Source: Polyangiaceae bacterium
Lineage (GTDB): Bacteria; Myxococcota_A; Polyangia; Polyangiales; Polyangiaceae
Assembly (NCBI GenBank): GCA_965222375.1
Contig: CBDCTZ010000013.1
Span: forward strand, 576,001-640,000
Direction of reading: 5' to 3'
Length of the DNA: 64,000 nt
Within the stretch, counting starts at the first letter, position 1. Each line of letters starts with the position of its first letter. Below the pieces are notes generated by a model. That model was not told the origin of the DNA, ran no database searches, and saw nothing but the letters and a program-made list of their open reading frames with translations. Shown in pieces: positions 18,670-29,466 of this stretch. The translations under genes and the position numbers were made by a program.

Positions 18670-19965
18670 TTAGGCGAAGAAGAATCGACCGACGTCGACA
18701 TGGGGTTCGGAGAAAAGTGGCGTGCCCGCGTCCGCCGCCTTGGCGAGCACCGGGGGCACTTGGAGCTTGGCCTGCTCAAGCAGGCTGACGGTGCGCTTGG
18801 TTCCGATGGTATCCGCCAACACACTCGGCGGGGCCCAGTTGAAACCGAAGCCCATGATGCGGTCGACGTCGCGGGCTTCTTCCACCACCTCGCCCACGCG
18901 CGCGAGGCCATAGCTGATGTAGCCCAGGATGACCGCACGCATCAGCTCGGCCTCGGGGCCCTTTGCTTCGGCGAAGATATCCATCGTCTTAGCGTAGCGC
19001 CCGTTGCGGCTCGCGGCTTTCATTTGCTTCACGAACTCGGGCACCTTGGGCGCAAGCTCCGCCGCGGACTTGTAGGCTCCGCTCTTCGGTTCGAGCACCA
19101 AGGAGGTTTTGCCGTCTTTGCGGAAGAACCCGCCCTTGTCCGGGGTCTTGCGCCCGAGGTGGCCAGCTTCGATCAGCTTGGCCATGTAGCCAGGAAGGGC
19201 GAACGCGTCGTGGGCCTCGTCCGAGGTGTTCTTGTGCAGGTTGTCGACGATGGCCTTGTGCACGTCCCAACCCACGAAGTCCACGGTCAACAGCGGCGGC
19301 ATGGCGCGACCCGTGTGGGCCCCGATCAACATGTCCATGAAGGCAATGCCATGCTCCTCGGCCAACTGCGCCACTTGATTCAGCACCTTGAAGCCCACGC
19401 GATTGCCCGCAAAGGCCGGCGTGTCGGCAGTCTTGACCACTTCGCGCCCTAGTTTGGTCGCCAAGAGATCGTGCACGTAGTTCGTGACAGCCGGGTCAGT
19501 CTTCGCGTGGGCGATGAGCTCGCATCCCACGATGACGTTGGGCGGGTTGAAGAAGTGGATTCCGAGGAAGTGCTTTCCAAAGCTCTCACTCAGGCCTTCA
19601 GTCATCTTCGCTATGGACAGCCCCGACGACACCGTTGCGATGATCGAATCGGGTTTGCGGGCCTTGTCGATTCGCTCGAAGAACTCCCGCTTCAAGTCCA
19701 GGTTCTCGGACACGGCTTCAAAGATGAGATCTGCCTCCGCCACTCGCTGTTCTAGATGCTCGGAGTAGGACCCAACCTCGATGAACTTCGAGACCGCCTC
19801 GGCTTTGGCCATGCCTTCGGCGCGCTCTTGCCCCTTTCGCGCCTTGTCGACGGTGCGGGCCAAGAACGTGGTCGGGATCCCGGCAGCCGCGAACACTTCA
19901 CCGCTCCCCGCACCCATTGCACCGTTGGCTCCAAGGACAACGACCTTGTTAATCGAAAACGCCAT
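18670..19965 (-). CDS. 3-hydroxyacyl-CoA dehydrogenase family protein
   Basis: VVLGANGAMG Rossmann fold, FEAVSENLDLK, SSGLSI, GIHFFNPP and PAFAGNR motifs. Confidence 0.9.
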   Translation of the reverse strand: MAFSINKVVVLGANGAMGAGSGEVFAAAGIPTTFLARTVDKARKGQERAEGMAKAEAVSKFIEVGSYSEHLEQRVAEADLIFEAVSENLDLKREFFERIDKARKPDSIIATVSSGLSIAKMTEGLSESFGKHFLGIHFFNPPNVIVGCELIAHAKTDPAVTNYVHDLLATKLGREVVKTADTPAFAGNRVGFKVLNQVAQLAEEHGIAFMDMLIGAHTGRAMPPLLTVDFVGWDVHKAIVDNLHKNTSDEAHDAFALPGYMAKLIEAGHLGRKTPDKGGFFRKDGKTSLVLEPKSGAYKSAAELAPKVPEFVKQMKAASRNGRYAKTMDIFAEAKGPEAELMRAVILGYISYGLARVGEVVEEARDVDRIMGFGFNWAPPSVLADTIGTKRTVSLLEQAKLQVPPVLAKAADAGTPLFSEPHVDVGRFFFA

Positions 19966-20007
19966 GATACTCGCTAACTACGGAGACGAGACCCGTCAAC
20001 CACCGCA

Positions 20008-20060
20008 TCTGGATTTTGGTTTGGGTCGCATCGCTTCTGCAGAAAGGGCCACTACTCTCG
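20008..20060 (+). repeat. Dispersed bipartite element, copy C
   Basis: TCTGGATTTTGGTTT-GGGTCGCATC(20023-20032)-N19-CTACTCTCG(20052-20060). Confidence 0.75.
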
Positions 20061-20329
20061 CGTCGGGCCAATCTGTCCGCTTGCAACCGAAATCGTTCCA
20101 GCACGCCTTTTTCGTTGCCTCGTTTTCCGTCTCAGGGATTGCTTGCCAGGTACTGTGCATACAAAGTCTGAACCACAAGCGGACGAGGCGACAACGCGGG
20201 ATCTTCGTCATTCAGCGCCGCATCGGTTGCGCCCCGCCCGGAACCGCACCGCAAAAAAAGCGCGGAAGAGCGTCGTGATTGCTTCGGTTCGTCGGCCAAA
20301 CCGAATGGCCGACACCGGGGACTTCGATG

Positions 20330-20968
20330 CTAGGGCTTGGTGCCCTCCAGATACACGGCCTGCATCGGCATCTCGTCCACGGGTTCGACGCTGCAGCGAT
20401 CCACCCGAAACCCTGCGGTCCGGGCCCAGCCGCGTACTTCATCCTCGGAGTATCGGAGGGCCACGACATCCGAGACGTCACCATAGTCAACTGCGCCGTT
20501 GCCTTCCCACGCCGCAACCACGAGCTGCCCTCCACTTCGGAGCACGCGATACCACTCATGGTGCGCCCTGAGCGCGTCCTCAGGGCTCAAGTGGTGAATC
20601 GCGAAGAAGCTGAGCGCGGCGGCCGCCGAGCCCGACTCGAACTTCGACAAATCACACATGTCGCCAGTCAGTATCTCTGCGCGCTTGCCCAGCTTGTAGC
20701 TGGCCAGAGCTGCCATGCGGGGTGACAGGTCGATGCCGACCAACCCACGCCCGGAATCGTGACTCTGATGATACTTCATCAACATGTGCCCGGGGCCGCA
20801 TGAGGTATCTATGACGCTGCCTGGCAGTTTGCTGATTCGCGAAGCCAATCGACTGAGGACGTCCGTGTAGAGCGGCAGATCGATCTCCGCGTCCATGATC
20901 TTGGAATATGAGTCGGCGGACTTCTCGTATAGATCGCGTACCTTTTCCTGGGGCGATGCTTTGGTCAT
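20330..20968 (-). CDS. Class I SAM-dependent methyltransferase
   Basis: VIDTSCGPG, GIDLSPRM, GDM and RVLRSGG motifs. Confidence 0.88.
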   Translation of the reverse strand: MTKASPQEKVRDLYEKSADSYSKIMDAEIDLPLYTDVLSRLASRISKLPGSVIDTSCGPGHMLMKYHQSHDSGRGLVGIDLSPRMAALASYKLGKRAEILTGDMCDLSKFESGSAAAALSFFAIHHLSPEDALRAHHEWYRVLRSGGQLVVAAWEGNGAVDYGDVSDVVALRYSEDEVRGWARTAGFRVDRCSVEPVDEMPMQAVYLEGTKP

Positions 20969-21033
20969 CGGCCGATGATGTTAGCGCGAAACACCTCCGC
21001 ATAGAACACCAACGCGGCCCAACCGGCGTCTCG

Positions 21034-21918
21034 TCACGGCTGCCAGCAGCAGCGGAAACCAGTGAATGCAGATCTGAACTCGCGAGCAACCGGTTGTACC
21101 GACGTACACTTCGAATCCGCAGAGGACTTCTGTACCGAACCTCCTCTTACCTGACACTGCGAAATGCTCGCGGACGAGGCGCAAGCGTCGACCCACTCCG
21201 CCACGTTGCCGGACATGTCGTTCACGCCGTGAGGTGTCTTGCAGCTGGTTGCGCCCACAGGAGCCAGCGCGCAACCAGACCCACAGCCCCAAGTCGCATT
21301 GTTATGGTAATTGCATGCAGCTTCGTCCGGGGTGTTGCTGCCGGGGTATGCGAACTGACCGTTCGAGGAACAGGCGGCGTACCAGCCACTCTTTTCCGGG
21401 TCGTCTGGCGCAGTCCAGTCGCTAGGGCAGAGCTTCTTGTTGTTGGCGGCGCAATAGGCCCAGGCATCGCACCAGTCCACACAGGTGACGGGCTGGGTGG
21501 AATCAGGAGCAGCCGCATCCGTACCGCAACCGGGGATGAAGTCACTCCCCGCTTTCTTCGCCTGGCAGGGCGGCTGATTGAACAGACTGGACGGCACTTT
21601 CGCCGCGAAAGCAGCGTAGAGGTTTTCGCTGACCTCAAACTTGTCCACCCAGACGCAGGTTCCAGAAGGCAGGCGCACAGCGACCATCTCCGCCGGTGAA
21701 TTGGTACTTGTGCAGGGCACGCTTGCGTCTCCGGCTTGTCCACCAGCGCCCCCGACCCCTGAGGCTCCACTCGTTGCGCCGGATCCGCCACTGCCCGCGG
21801 TTGCGCCAATTCCACCAGCACCGCCCTGCTCGAAGTCCTCGAAGCCGAGGATGGACTGGCAGCCAAGTGGCAACAGCACCATGGTCGCCGCCGCGAACGC
21901 GTGCGTCCAGCGCTTCAA
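21034..21918 (-). CDS. FGE-sulfatase/SUMF1-domain lipoprotein
   Basis: VDKFEVS, PVTCVDWCDA, DMSGNVAEW, RGGS and GFRCC motifs; TTG start overlaps the upstream TGA. Confidence 0.85.
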   Translation of the reverse strand: MKRWTHAFAAATMVLLPLGCQSILGFEDFEQGGAGGIGATAGSGGSGATSGASGVGGAGGQAGDASVPCTSTNSPAEMVAVRLPSGTCVWVDKFEVSENLYAAFAAKVPSSLFNQPPCQAKKAGSDFIPGCGTDAAAPDSTQPVTCVDWCDAWAYCAANNKKLCPSDWTAPDDPEKSGWYAACSSNGQFAYPGSNTPDEAACNYHNNATWGCGSGCALAPVGATSCKTPHGVNDMSGNVAEWVDACASSASISQCQVRGGSVQKSSADSKCTSVQPVAREFRSAFTGFRCCWQP

Positions 21919-22913
21919 AACGTGACTCCAGTGATCATGACCCCGGCCCGGGTCCCTGTGGCGTAAGGAGCGACGCTCAGGGGCGCCCTCCGCTTTGCTT
22001 GTCTCTCCGTCCCAGAGTCGTGAGTGAAGTACAGCACGACGCCAGCGGCGATGCCAACGATACCGACGCCGACTCCAACGTTCGCGATATTGGCATGAGT
22101 CTCCGCGGTGTCTCGCTTTTCGATCACCGACTCCGAGCAACCAACGTGAGAGGGACACTCGGAGTCAGCGTCGTTGTAGGTCGAGCGCGCCATGAGCGCG
22201 AACACCGTTCCGACCCCGAGGGCCACGACCCCAACGCCACCCACAACATAGGCGGCAACCGGAGCGGACCTCTCCGGCGCCGGCTCAGGTGTTGAGTCCT
22301 TGGGGGGGACGGGTGGGGGCGGAGCCGCGGGAGCCGCGGGAGCCACGTCTTCGGACTCGGGCTGGAGCTTCGGCACAGACAGTGTTTGCGAATCGCGTTC
22401 CGCACCAATCGTCGTTTTCAGCGTAACGGAGTGGTAGCCAGGTGCTGAAATGGTCACGATGCGCTCACCAGGATCGACTGGGATCTTCGAACCTAGCGCC
22501 GTCGCCTTTAACGCAACCTCATCCAATTTGATCTCAGTGCCTGCGGGTTTGTCGGTCAAGACGATGCGCAGATAGGACAGCTTTGGCTGCAGCGCCGCCG
22601 CTTTGCTCTTGGCTTCTTTCCTCAGCTCCGGGCGGTTCTGGCTCGCCGCCAGACGTGCCGCCGCAAGAAACTCCGCCCAGGCTGAGGCAACCTTGCCCTG
22701 TTTTTCGTAACAGAGGGCCAGGTTCAAGAGGGTGCCGGCGGACGCTTCGACGCGTTGGCTCTCTGCAAACTTGGCGCATGCTGCTTCGAGCTGCCCTTGG
22801 GCAAGCAGCTCTCGGCCCTCACGAAACAAACCTTCGGCGACCACCGTCTCAGTTTGAGCGGAGACGTTGGCGGTGGCGCCCAGCAGCGCGCACATTACAA
22901 GCGCCCTACGCAA
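21915..22913 (-). CDS. TPR + PEGA-like myxobacterial protein with C-terminal membrane segments
   Basis: AEGLFREG..ACAKFAESQ..GTLLNLALCYE; IPVDPGE; hydrophobic C-terminus ending in Phe. Confidence 0.8.
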   Translation of the reverse strand: MRRALVMCALLGATANVSAQTETVVAEGLFREGRELLAQGQLEAACAKFAESQRVEASAGTLLNLALCYEKQGKVASAWAEFLAAARLAASQNRPELRKEAKSKAAALQPKLSYLRIVLTDKPAGTEIKLDEVALKATALGSKIPVDPGERIVTISAPGYHSVTLKTTIGAERDSQTLSVPKLQPESEDVAPAAPAAPPPPVPPKDSTPEPAPERSAPVAAYVVGGVGVVALGVGTVFALMARSTYNDADSECPSHVGCSESVIEKRDTAETHANIANVGVGVGIVGIAAGVVLYFTHDSGTERQAKRRAPLSVAPYATGTRAGVMITGVTF

Positions 22914-22929
22914 ACTGCGACTGCGACGA

Positions 22930-24438
22930 CTAGCGGTCAATGTAGGCCTCACTCGGTTTGGTAACGGGTTTGGGGTTGGGTTTGCTCGTGGCGCCAGCAG
23001 CGGGAGCCGCCTGCGCGGGCTTCGTGGCCCGGGGCGCGGACTTGGGGGCTGAGACCGGCATGGGCTTGGGGGTAGCTGCCGTGGGTAGAGCCACCTCCGC
23101 TGCGGGAGCCGAGGGAGTAGCCGGGGGCTTGGTGTTTGCGCTTGGCTCGGCGGTGGATGCGAGGGCCGTGGTGGGTGCCTCCGCGGGCGAAGGACCAGGT
23201 TCCTGGGATGCGGTGGGCGCAGGCCCGCCTCCACGCATCAGCACAGCTGCAGTGCCTGCCACCAAAAAGAGTACGACAACCACACCCAACCCGATCCACA
23301 ACCCAGCGCCACGAGACTTGGGGTTCGACGCGGGGGTAGTACCGGAAATCGCCATGCCCTGGGCCGTCTGCGCATGAGGGAGAGCCTCGACGGACTGCAG
23401 CGTTGGCCCCTCGCCGGAACGAGCGACCACGACTCCAGAACCGGGCGGAGTGGGACCCGGTTGCGGTGTCGACCAGGGGCCTGGTCCGGTCCCAAGGGCG
23501 CTCGGGCTTGGATTGGACGCGGTGATGGTAACGCCCAGGGCATCGCTCAACGCGCTGACGGCTGCGCCCGCACTCGCAAACCGCTGCGAGCGGTCACGAT
23601 TCACGCAGCGTGAAAACCAAACGTCAAAATCCGGAGTCCAGGGCGGCAGTCGCTCAAGCTCCGACAAGCGTTGCGTTGGTGTGTCTAGCGGCAGCTGCAT
23701 TACTTCTCCGAAGAGCTGCATCAGCGCGCCGTCTTCGTCGCGCGCGGTACGCCAGTACGACTCGCCAGTCAGTAGGTAGAATGCGACTAGTCCGAGTGCC
23801 CAGACGTCGGTCTGTGGCGTAATAGCGCCGCCTGCTGCCTGCTCGAAAGCCATGAACAGCGGCGTACCTTTCACCTCCTGGGACATATTCGATGTCCCAC
23901 TCAACACTTTGGCGATGCCAAAATCCAAAACCTTGATCAACGGGTCGCCGTTTTCACGGTGCGTTAGAAACAAGTTCTCTGGCTTCAGATCGCGATGCAC
24001 GATCGGCATCAGCGTTCCGCTTCGGTCCGTGTATCGATGTGCCTTATCAAGCGCAGACGCGACGTGCTTCAAGTACCTCACCACCAATTCCGGTGGAATA
24101 GGACCACTACGCTCGAGCACGCGTTGCAGATCTTCTCCGTTCAGAAGCTCCATCGCCAAGAACGGCATGCGTGTGGCATCGTCGAGCCCAGCATCGATGA
24201 TTCGAACGATGTGCTCGCTATTGACGCGACCGGCGATGCGCGCTTCCTGACGAAACTTTTCCACTGCATCGTTGGACTGCAGCACATGAGGCCACAAGAC
24301 CTTGATCGCTACACGAGCTTCCGTGGCCAGTTGCTCGGCTACGTATACGGCTCCAAAGCCGCCCTGCGCGAGGTACTTCTCAATCCGGTAGCGCTCCGCG
24401 AAAGTCGAGCCGGGCTCCAGGAGTCGCTGCTCCATCAC
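22930..24438 (-). CDS. Hanks-type Ser/Thr protein kinase with one TM helix and Pro-rich tail
   Basis: LAQGGFGAVY, VAIK, HRDLKPEN, DFG, GTPLFMAFEQ and DVWALG motifs. Confidence 0.93.
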   Translation of the reverse strand: MMEQRLLEPGSTFAERYRIEKYLAQGGFGAVYVAEQLATEARVAIKVLWPHVLQSNDAVEKFRQEARIAGRVNSEHIVRIIDAGLDDATRMPFLAMELLNGEDLQRVLERSGPIPPELVVRYLKHVASALDKAHRYTDRSGTLMPIVHRDLKPENLFLTHRENGDPLIKVLDFGIAKVLSGTSNMSQEVKGTPLFMAFEQAAGGAITPQTDVWALGLVAFYLLTGESYWRTARDEDGALMQLFGEVMQLPLDTPTQRLSELERLPPWTPDFDVWFSRCVNRDRSQRFASAGAAVSALSDALGVTITASNPSPSALGTGPGPWSTPQPGPTPPGSGVVVARSGEGPTLQSVEALPHAQTAQGMAISGTTPASNPKSRGAGLWIGLGVVVVLFLVAGTAAVLMRGGGPAPTASQEPGPSPAEAPTTALASTAEPSANTKPPATPSAPAAEVALPTAATPKPMPVSAPKSAPRATKPAQAAPAAGATSKPNPKPVTKPSEAYIDR

Positions 24439-24705
24439 ACCCCCGAGCCAGTACCCGAATCACGGCGGCGCAGCACCAGAGGCGCTCCGCCTGTCATCTC
24501 GAGCCTGTGCATCCCCATGTTGCCTTGGTTGGCCTTGTGCGTCCCGTGTTCGATCCCGAAGCCGAACCCGCAAAACCCTAACAGAAGGTACGCGCCTGAG
24601 GAAGGCCAGTGCCCACGACAGGCGCAGCCGTAGCTTCCTGAGGTGCGCCTCGAAAAAGCCCGTGCTGTGAGGGTCAGGTCGTGGCAACCTCTTCATCGAC
24701 ACGAG

Positions 24706-26196
24706 ATGCCGCAGCGAGCCGCGAACAACGTGAGACGGTGGTTGCCCCTGTGGTTGTTCTGTGCTGCGGCCGCTTGTTCCGAACACGTTGATTCCGCTGA
24801 GGAAGTGCGAGCCAACGCAGCTGAGCCGTTGCAGGCGGCGGGCGATACATGCATCAGCTCGACCGAGTGCAGCCCGAGCGCTCCCTCTTGCGTGGACGGA
24901 GTGTGTTGCACTTCCCCATGCACTTCCCCATGCAACGCGTGCGCAGCTGCATTGAAGGAATCACTTTCGAATAGTGGCACCTGTGGACCAGCTCTTCGTG
25001 GCAGCGACCCACACGACGATTGCAGCGCGGACCCCGTGGCAAGCTGCGGAAAAACCGGCGGCTGCGACGGCAACGGCGCCTGCGCGATCTACCCGCAGGG
25101 CACGTCCTGCAAGACAACTTCTGGGCAAACCAACGCCTGCAACTTTCAAAGTGCCCTTGGACAAATCTGTTCGGGCACCGGCAGTGGCCTTTGCTACAAC
25201 GAAACGAGTCCGTCGGGTGTGCCCTGCGCGCCTTACCAATGCAAGAACGACGCTTGCGCGTTTCCGTGTGCGACTGATGGCGACTGCCAACCCCCGAACC
25301 GCTGCGAATTCGGGGTGTGTAAACCGAAACGCTTCAATGGCGCCGCTTGCAGCAACAAGAGCGAATGTGCCTCGGGGACGTGCCAGGACGGCGTTTGCTG
25401 CAACACGACCTGCGGCGCGCAATGTCAGGCCTGCAACGAGCCAGGTTCCGTTGGAACGTGCAAGACCGTGCTGGGCACTCCAGTTGGCACGAGACAACCG
25501 TGTGACGACGGGACTACTTGCGGCAAGGGTGTGTGTGGCGGCGACCCAGACAAGTGCGCGTATCCGTCCTCGGCGCAGACCTGCGGACCGGCAAGCTGCT
25601 CGGGTGACGTATCCGTTCCCGCGCCAACTTGCGACGGCAAAGGAAAGTGCGCCCAAGGAAGCACGACGACTTGCCAACCCTACGGCTGCAACGCCGCGAC
25701 CGGCGTGTGCCACACCGCCTGCAGCATGGATGGCGACTGCTCCCAGGGCGCGAAATGCGATACCGCCACCAGCAAGTGCGCGCTCACCGGGGCCACGTGC
25801 AAAGACGCTTTCACGGTTAGCCTCCCCAACGGCCAAACCGAGTCATGCGTTCCGTACCAATGCAAAGCTGGGAAGTGCCAACAGCAGTGCAGCGCGCCGG
25901 GGCAATGCGCCCCAGGCTATTCGTGCCAAGGCGGCGCATGCATGGCGGCGGCGGACGGCGGAGCGGGAGCTGGCGCAGGCAGCGGGGCAAACGCTGGGAG
26001 TGCGGGCAGCGGAGCTGGCGCGGGCGCGACGGATGGCAACGCCGAGTCCGACAGCGGGTGCGGCTGCGGCGTGCCGGGGTCGCAGCGGAACCCGAGCGGT
26101 CCCGCTGCGTTGGCATTGGCCCTAGTGCTGGCACGCCTACGACGACGCTACTTCAGCTTCTTGCGCGCGCGCGGATGCTGGAAGACAACCGTCTGA
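24706..26196 (+). CDS. Cys-rich surface protein with MYXO-CTERM sorting signal
   Basis: CxDGVCC repeats; C-terminal SGCGC...hydrophobic stretch...RLRRR. Confidence 0.8.
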   Translation: MPQRAANNVRRWLPLWLFCAAAACSEHVDSAEEVRANAAEPLQAAGDTCISSTECSPSAPSCVDGVCCTSPCTSPCNACAAALKESLSNSGTCGPALRGSDPHDDCSADPVASCGKTGGCDGNGACAIYPQGTSCKTTSGQTNACNFQSALGQICSGTGSGLCYNETSPSGVPCAPYQCKNDACAFPCATDGDCQPPNRCEFGVCKPKRFNGAACSNKSECASGTCQDGVCCNTTCGAQCQACNEPGSVGTCKTVLGTPVGTRQPCDDGTTCGKGVCGGDPDKCAYPSSAQTCGPASCSGDVSVPAPTCDGKGKCAQGSTTTCQPYGCNAATGVCHTACSMDGDCSQGAKCDTATSKCALTGATCKDAFTVSLPNGQTESCVPYQCKAGKCQQQCSAPGQCAPGYSCQGGACMAAADGGAGAGAGSGANAGSAGSGAGAGATDGNAESDSGCGCGVPGSQRNPSGPAALALALVLARLRRRYFSFLRARGCWKTTV

Positions 26197-29100
26197 TCGC
26201 CGACCTGATTCCCGCGCTCATCGTACTCGCGCAAGTGCACCACAATGTCGCGGCCCCCCTTGCCCGCGGGTACACGAGCCTCGAGCGCGATTGGGTAGCG
26301 CTGGTTCGCGTCCTTTTCGAGCCGAACCAGCGCTCTTCGCGAGGGCACCTCCAAGTACCGGCGCCTGTTCTCGAGAACGACTCGCCCGCCGTCGACGTCG
26401 ATAGGCTCCAATCGCGGCCTTGTCTGAGCGCCGAACAACGTTCCAGGTGCGATCGCGAGTTCGCCCAGGATCCCGGCCAGCTTGGTGCGGATGCGAGTAG
26501 CTGCGAGGAACTCGAAGGCATCTTCGCGGACTGGATCCAGCCGGGCCGCCCACTTCTTCATGCGTCGCGCTTCCTCCTTGAAGTTCACGCGGTCCACGAA
26601 GTGGCGCTCGCCATCGTCGAGGGCCACGCGGACGCGTACGTCCTGCTCCGGGTGTTCGACCTCGACCACCAGATGCGTGTTGCGATCGATGCCGCGGCGG
26701 GTTCCAAGAATGAATGGCAAAATGCCGTAACGGAACCCTTTGCCAGCACCGCCACCAGATCCAGGACCAGGATCCGGATCAGGCGCTGGACCGGGTGCCG
26801 GCGGTGGCGGCGGCGGTATGAGGTTCACTAGCGACAGGTTCTTTTGGACCAGATTGTTGCGCGAATATGACTGACCATGAGCCAAATTCGCGCGCATCGG
26901 GTCAGTGAGCGCATCGACGATGAAAGCGTGGAAGTTCTCGAACGCGTGGTCATTGTCTGATCGCACGCTGCCAAGTAGGCAGAGGTGTGGCGAGCCGACG
27001 GGGACCACGACGCTTATCTTCGCGATGCGTTCTTCCCCGACGGCCAAAGTTGGAAACGTCACCGTGGGCGGCGCCAAGTAGTCGCCGGTCATGACTCCGA
27101 CAGCCTGATTGTAGTCCTCGGGATAGTCAAAGCCCATGGCGCAGCTGGCGAGCACCGCCTTGACGACGACGTTGGTTGCGACGGCCGGCCCCAGGTTCTT
27201 CACCCGCATGTAGAGGTAGTTCTCGTTCCCCTCCTCGAGTCGCCCTGCACGGTTGTAGTCATTGCGCACGACGTCGAAGGTGTCATCCACGGTGCCACCA
27301 AAGGCGGCTTGGAACTCTGCTTCTGTAGGCCGAACTGGGTCCGCACCGGCAACGTCGATCGTGGAAACGATCATGTCGGGACCGCCGGGCACTCCTGCAT
27401 AGGTGTACGGTTCTTCACCGACATCGTCGGGGCGTTCGCGGATCATCACGTCCGCGAAGGTGAGCGCCTTGCCCGCATTGATGCGCCCGAAGCCCGACTC
27501 CTCGTGCCAGGGATCTACTCGAGCGTGAGGCGGCGCGCCAAGCACCCATTCCCGGGTCACATCGATGTATTTGTAGGGCGTGGCCGCGGGGCCGGGCAGC
27601 ATGTCTGCAGTGCGTTCGAGGATGCGCTTGACGGCATCACGCCGCGCCACTACGTCCCCGGCAACGGGATAGTCCGGGTAGGTGGACACCAGCAGCGCGG
27701 CCGTGCCCGCCACCAGTGCGGCGGCCGCGGAGGTGCCTCCAAAATCGGAAATGTTGTCCGTTCCAAGTAGTGGGTCAAAACCGCTGCCGGCATCCACGTT
27801 GCGTCCGGCCATGCCGGTGAGATCGAGGGTGGTGATGTCCTCGCCTGGCGCGGTCACGCTGAGCTCATTGCCGTAGCGCGACGCCTGATGGTCAATCTCG
27901 GCTAACGGTCCTGGGTTGAGGTGCCGCGACTCGAGGAGCGCCCAGTCCTTGCGGCGGTTCGACGCGGCACAAGCGATGACTCCGGGATGAGCTGCAGGAA
28001 ATTTGAGTGTGTCTTCCGTGTCACTGGTGGAGTTGCCGGCGGGGACGACGATGATCTTTCCATCGGCAAACGCGGTGTCGAGATTGGTCGCGATCATGTC
28101 GAAATCAAAGTCACCACTCATCCAAACGTTGCTCACCATTCCCACCAGGATGATGTCGGCCTCCCAGGTACCAGCGGTCGCGGCGGCGATGCCTGCAGCG
28201 AGGTCCGCGCTCGAACCCGTATAGGTCGCCAAGCTGATCAGCTCGACGCTGCGCCCAAGCCCAGCTATTCGCCTCTGACTGATGGGCAAGAGGTCATCCC
28301 CATCGAAACGCGCAGCGACCAGGCCAGCCATCGCGGTGCCGTGCCAGCGGTACGTGTTGAAGATGTCGGGGTCTTCCACGCCGCTCGATGGCGGAAGGCT
28401 ACTGATGGCCAGCCCGGTGTTGCCCCCGCTCTGGAACAGGCTGTTGGAAGAGCCGTTGACCAAATTTGGGTGGGCGATTTCCACGCCGTTGTCGATCAGC
28501 GCGACCTTGACTGCCGCGCCAGTGCCCGCGGCGTGCTCCACCCAAGCCGTCGGCGCATCGATCCCTCCGTCCGCAGCGGGATCAGCGATAGGAGCGCTCG
28601 GATCGATGGCGCGCAAGTACCACTGACGGAAGTCCTCCGTGCCGGCATCCACGCCAGTGAACAAGCGGTCCACGGGGGATGCACTCGAGGCTACCGGCGA
28701 AACGTAGGGCACAACATCGAACTGAACGGAGCGCAGCAGCTGCGCGTGTTTCTCCAACAGCAACTGTCGAAGGCCAATGGAGGGCGCTGCCTTTGCGGAA
28801 CTCGCCGAGTAGTAGCGATACGGACGAAGCACCGCAAAGCGGTCATCGAGTTCGAAGCCGAGGTCGACTATGAGCTTGTTCAACTTCTTCGACGCGGAGT
28901 CGCTGGCAGGCAGCACGACCAGCGCGTTCACACGAATGGCTAGCAGCCCATCCGCGTCATCGCTGCTGCCCACGCGATAGACTGGGTTGAGGCTGAACCG
29001 TCCGCGCTCCAGCTGGGCGGGTTCGATGGGCTTGCCGTCAGGCGAACGCAGCCAGCGTTGGCGGCCCGTGTGGTTGACCGCAACGCTCCCTGCTTTGGAC

Positions 29101-29258
29101 TTGCCAGAATCAACGACTAGCCCAAGCTTCTTCGCCACTGCGTCCAGGTTGGCAGTGTCGCCCTTCTTCTTGGGATGGAAGGACAGCAGTGCGCGCGCCG
29201 GCTCCAGCTGGAGGGTGCCCGAAGGTCCATAGGCAAGCTTGGCGGGTACTTTGGTCAT
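26148..29258 (-). CDS. S8 subtilisin-like serine peptidase with C-terminal extensions
   Basis: Catalytic triad motifs VALIDNGV, HGTAMAGLV and FGGTSAAAALVAG; oxyanion PAGN; GFGRINA. Confidence 0.9.
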   Translation of the reverse strand: MTKVPAKLAYGPSGTLQLEPARALLSFHPKKKGDTANLDAVAKKLGLVVDSGKSKAGSVAVNHTGRQRWLRSPDGKPIEPAQLERGRFSLNPVYRVGSSDDADGLLAIRVNALVVLPASDSASKKLNKLIVDLGFELDDRFAVLRPYRYYSASSAKAAPSIGLRQLLLEKHAQLLRSVQFDVVPYVSPVASSASPVDRLFTGVDAGTEDFRQWYLRAIDPSAPIADPAADGGIDAPTAWVEHAAGTGAAVKVALIDNGVEIAHPNLVNGSSNSLFQSGGNTGLAISSLPPSSGVEDPDIFNTYRWHGTAMAGLVAARFDGDDLLPISQRRIAGLGRSVELISLATYTGSSADLAAGIAAATAGTWEADIILVGMVSNVWMSGDFDFDMIATNLDTAFADGKIIVVPAGNSTSDTEDTLKFPAAHPGVIACAASNRRKDWALLESRHLNPGPLAEIDHQASRYGNELSVTAPGEDITTLDLTGMAGRNVDAGSGFDPLLGTDNISDFGGTSAAAALVAGTAALLVSTYPDYPVAGDVVARRDAVKRILERTADMLPGPAATPYKYIDVTREWVLGAPPHARVDPWHEESGFGRINAGKALTFADVMIRERPDDVGEEPYTYAGVPGGPDMIVSTIDVAGADPVRPTEAEFQAAFGGTVDDTFDVVRNDYNRAGRLEEGNENYLYMRVKNLGPAVATNVVVKAVLASCAMGFDYPEDYNQAVGVMTGDYLAPPTVTFPTLAVGEERIAKISVVVPVGSPHLCLLGSVRSDNDHAFENFHAFIVDALTDPMRANLAHGQSYSRNNLVQKNLSLVNLIPPPPPPAPGPAPDPDPGPGSGGGAGKGFRYGILPFILGTRRGIDRNTHLVVEVEHPEQDVRVRVALDDGERHFVDRVNFKEEARRMKKWAARLDPVREDAFEFLAATRIRTKLAGILGELAIAPGTLFGAQTRPRLEPIDVDGGRVVLENRRRYLEVPSRRALVRLEKDANQRYPIALEARVPAGKGGRDIVVHLREYDERGNQVGDQTVVFQHPRARKKLK

Positions 29259-29466
29259 TGGGGGCTCTCTTTCGCAGCGCCGCGGCCCCGGCTCGCAGGT
29301 GTGCTTTCAACGCCGCCGGGCCGAGCGGCGCGATGGGTAACCCCACTAGCGGCGGTAATGCAGGCGTCAGGGCTCGTCAATTACGCAGGAGCTGGCTGTG
29401 CCTTGCCGCTCAGATTCCACCGAAGTAGTTAGGTTGACGTACCAAGAATCTTCAACGGGGGTACTG

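Noticed and set aside
21034..24438. Kinase-TPR/PEGA-FGE operon as a novel system
   Set aside because: This is a recurrent architecture in Polyangiales-type genomes, so it is listed under features only.
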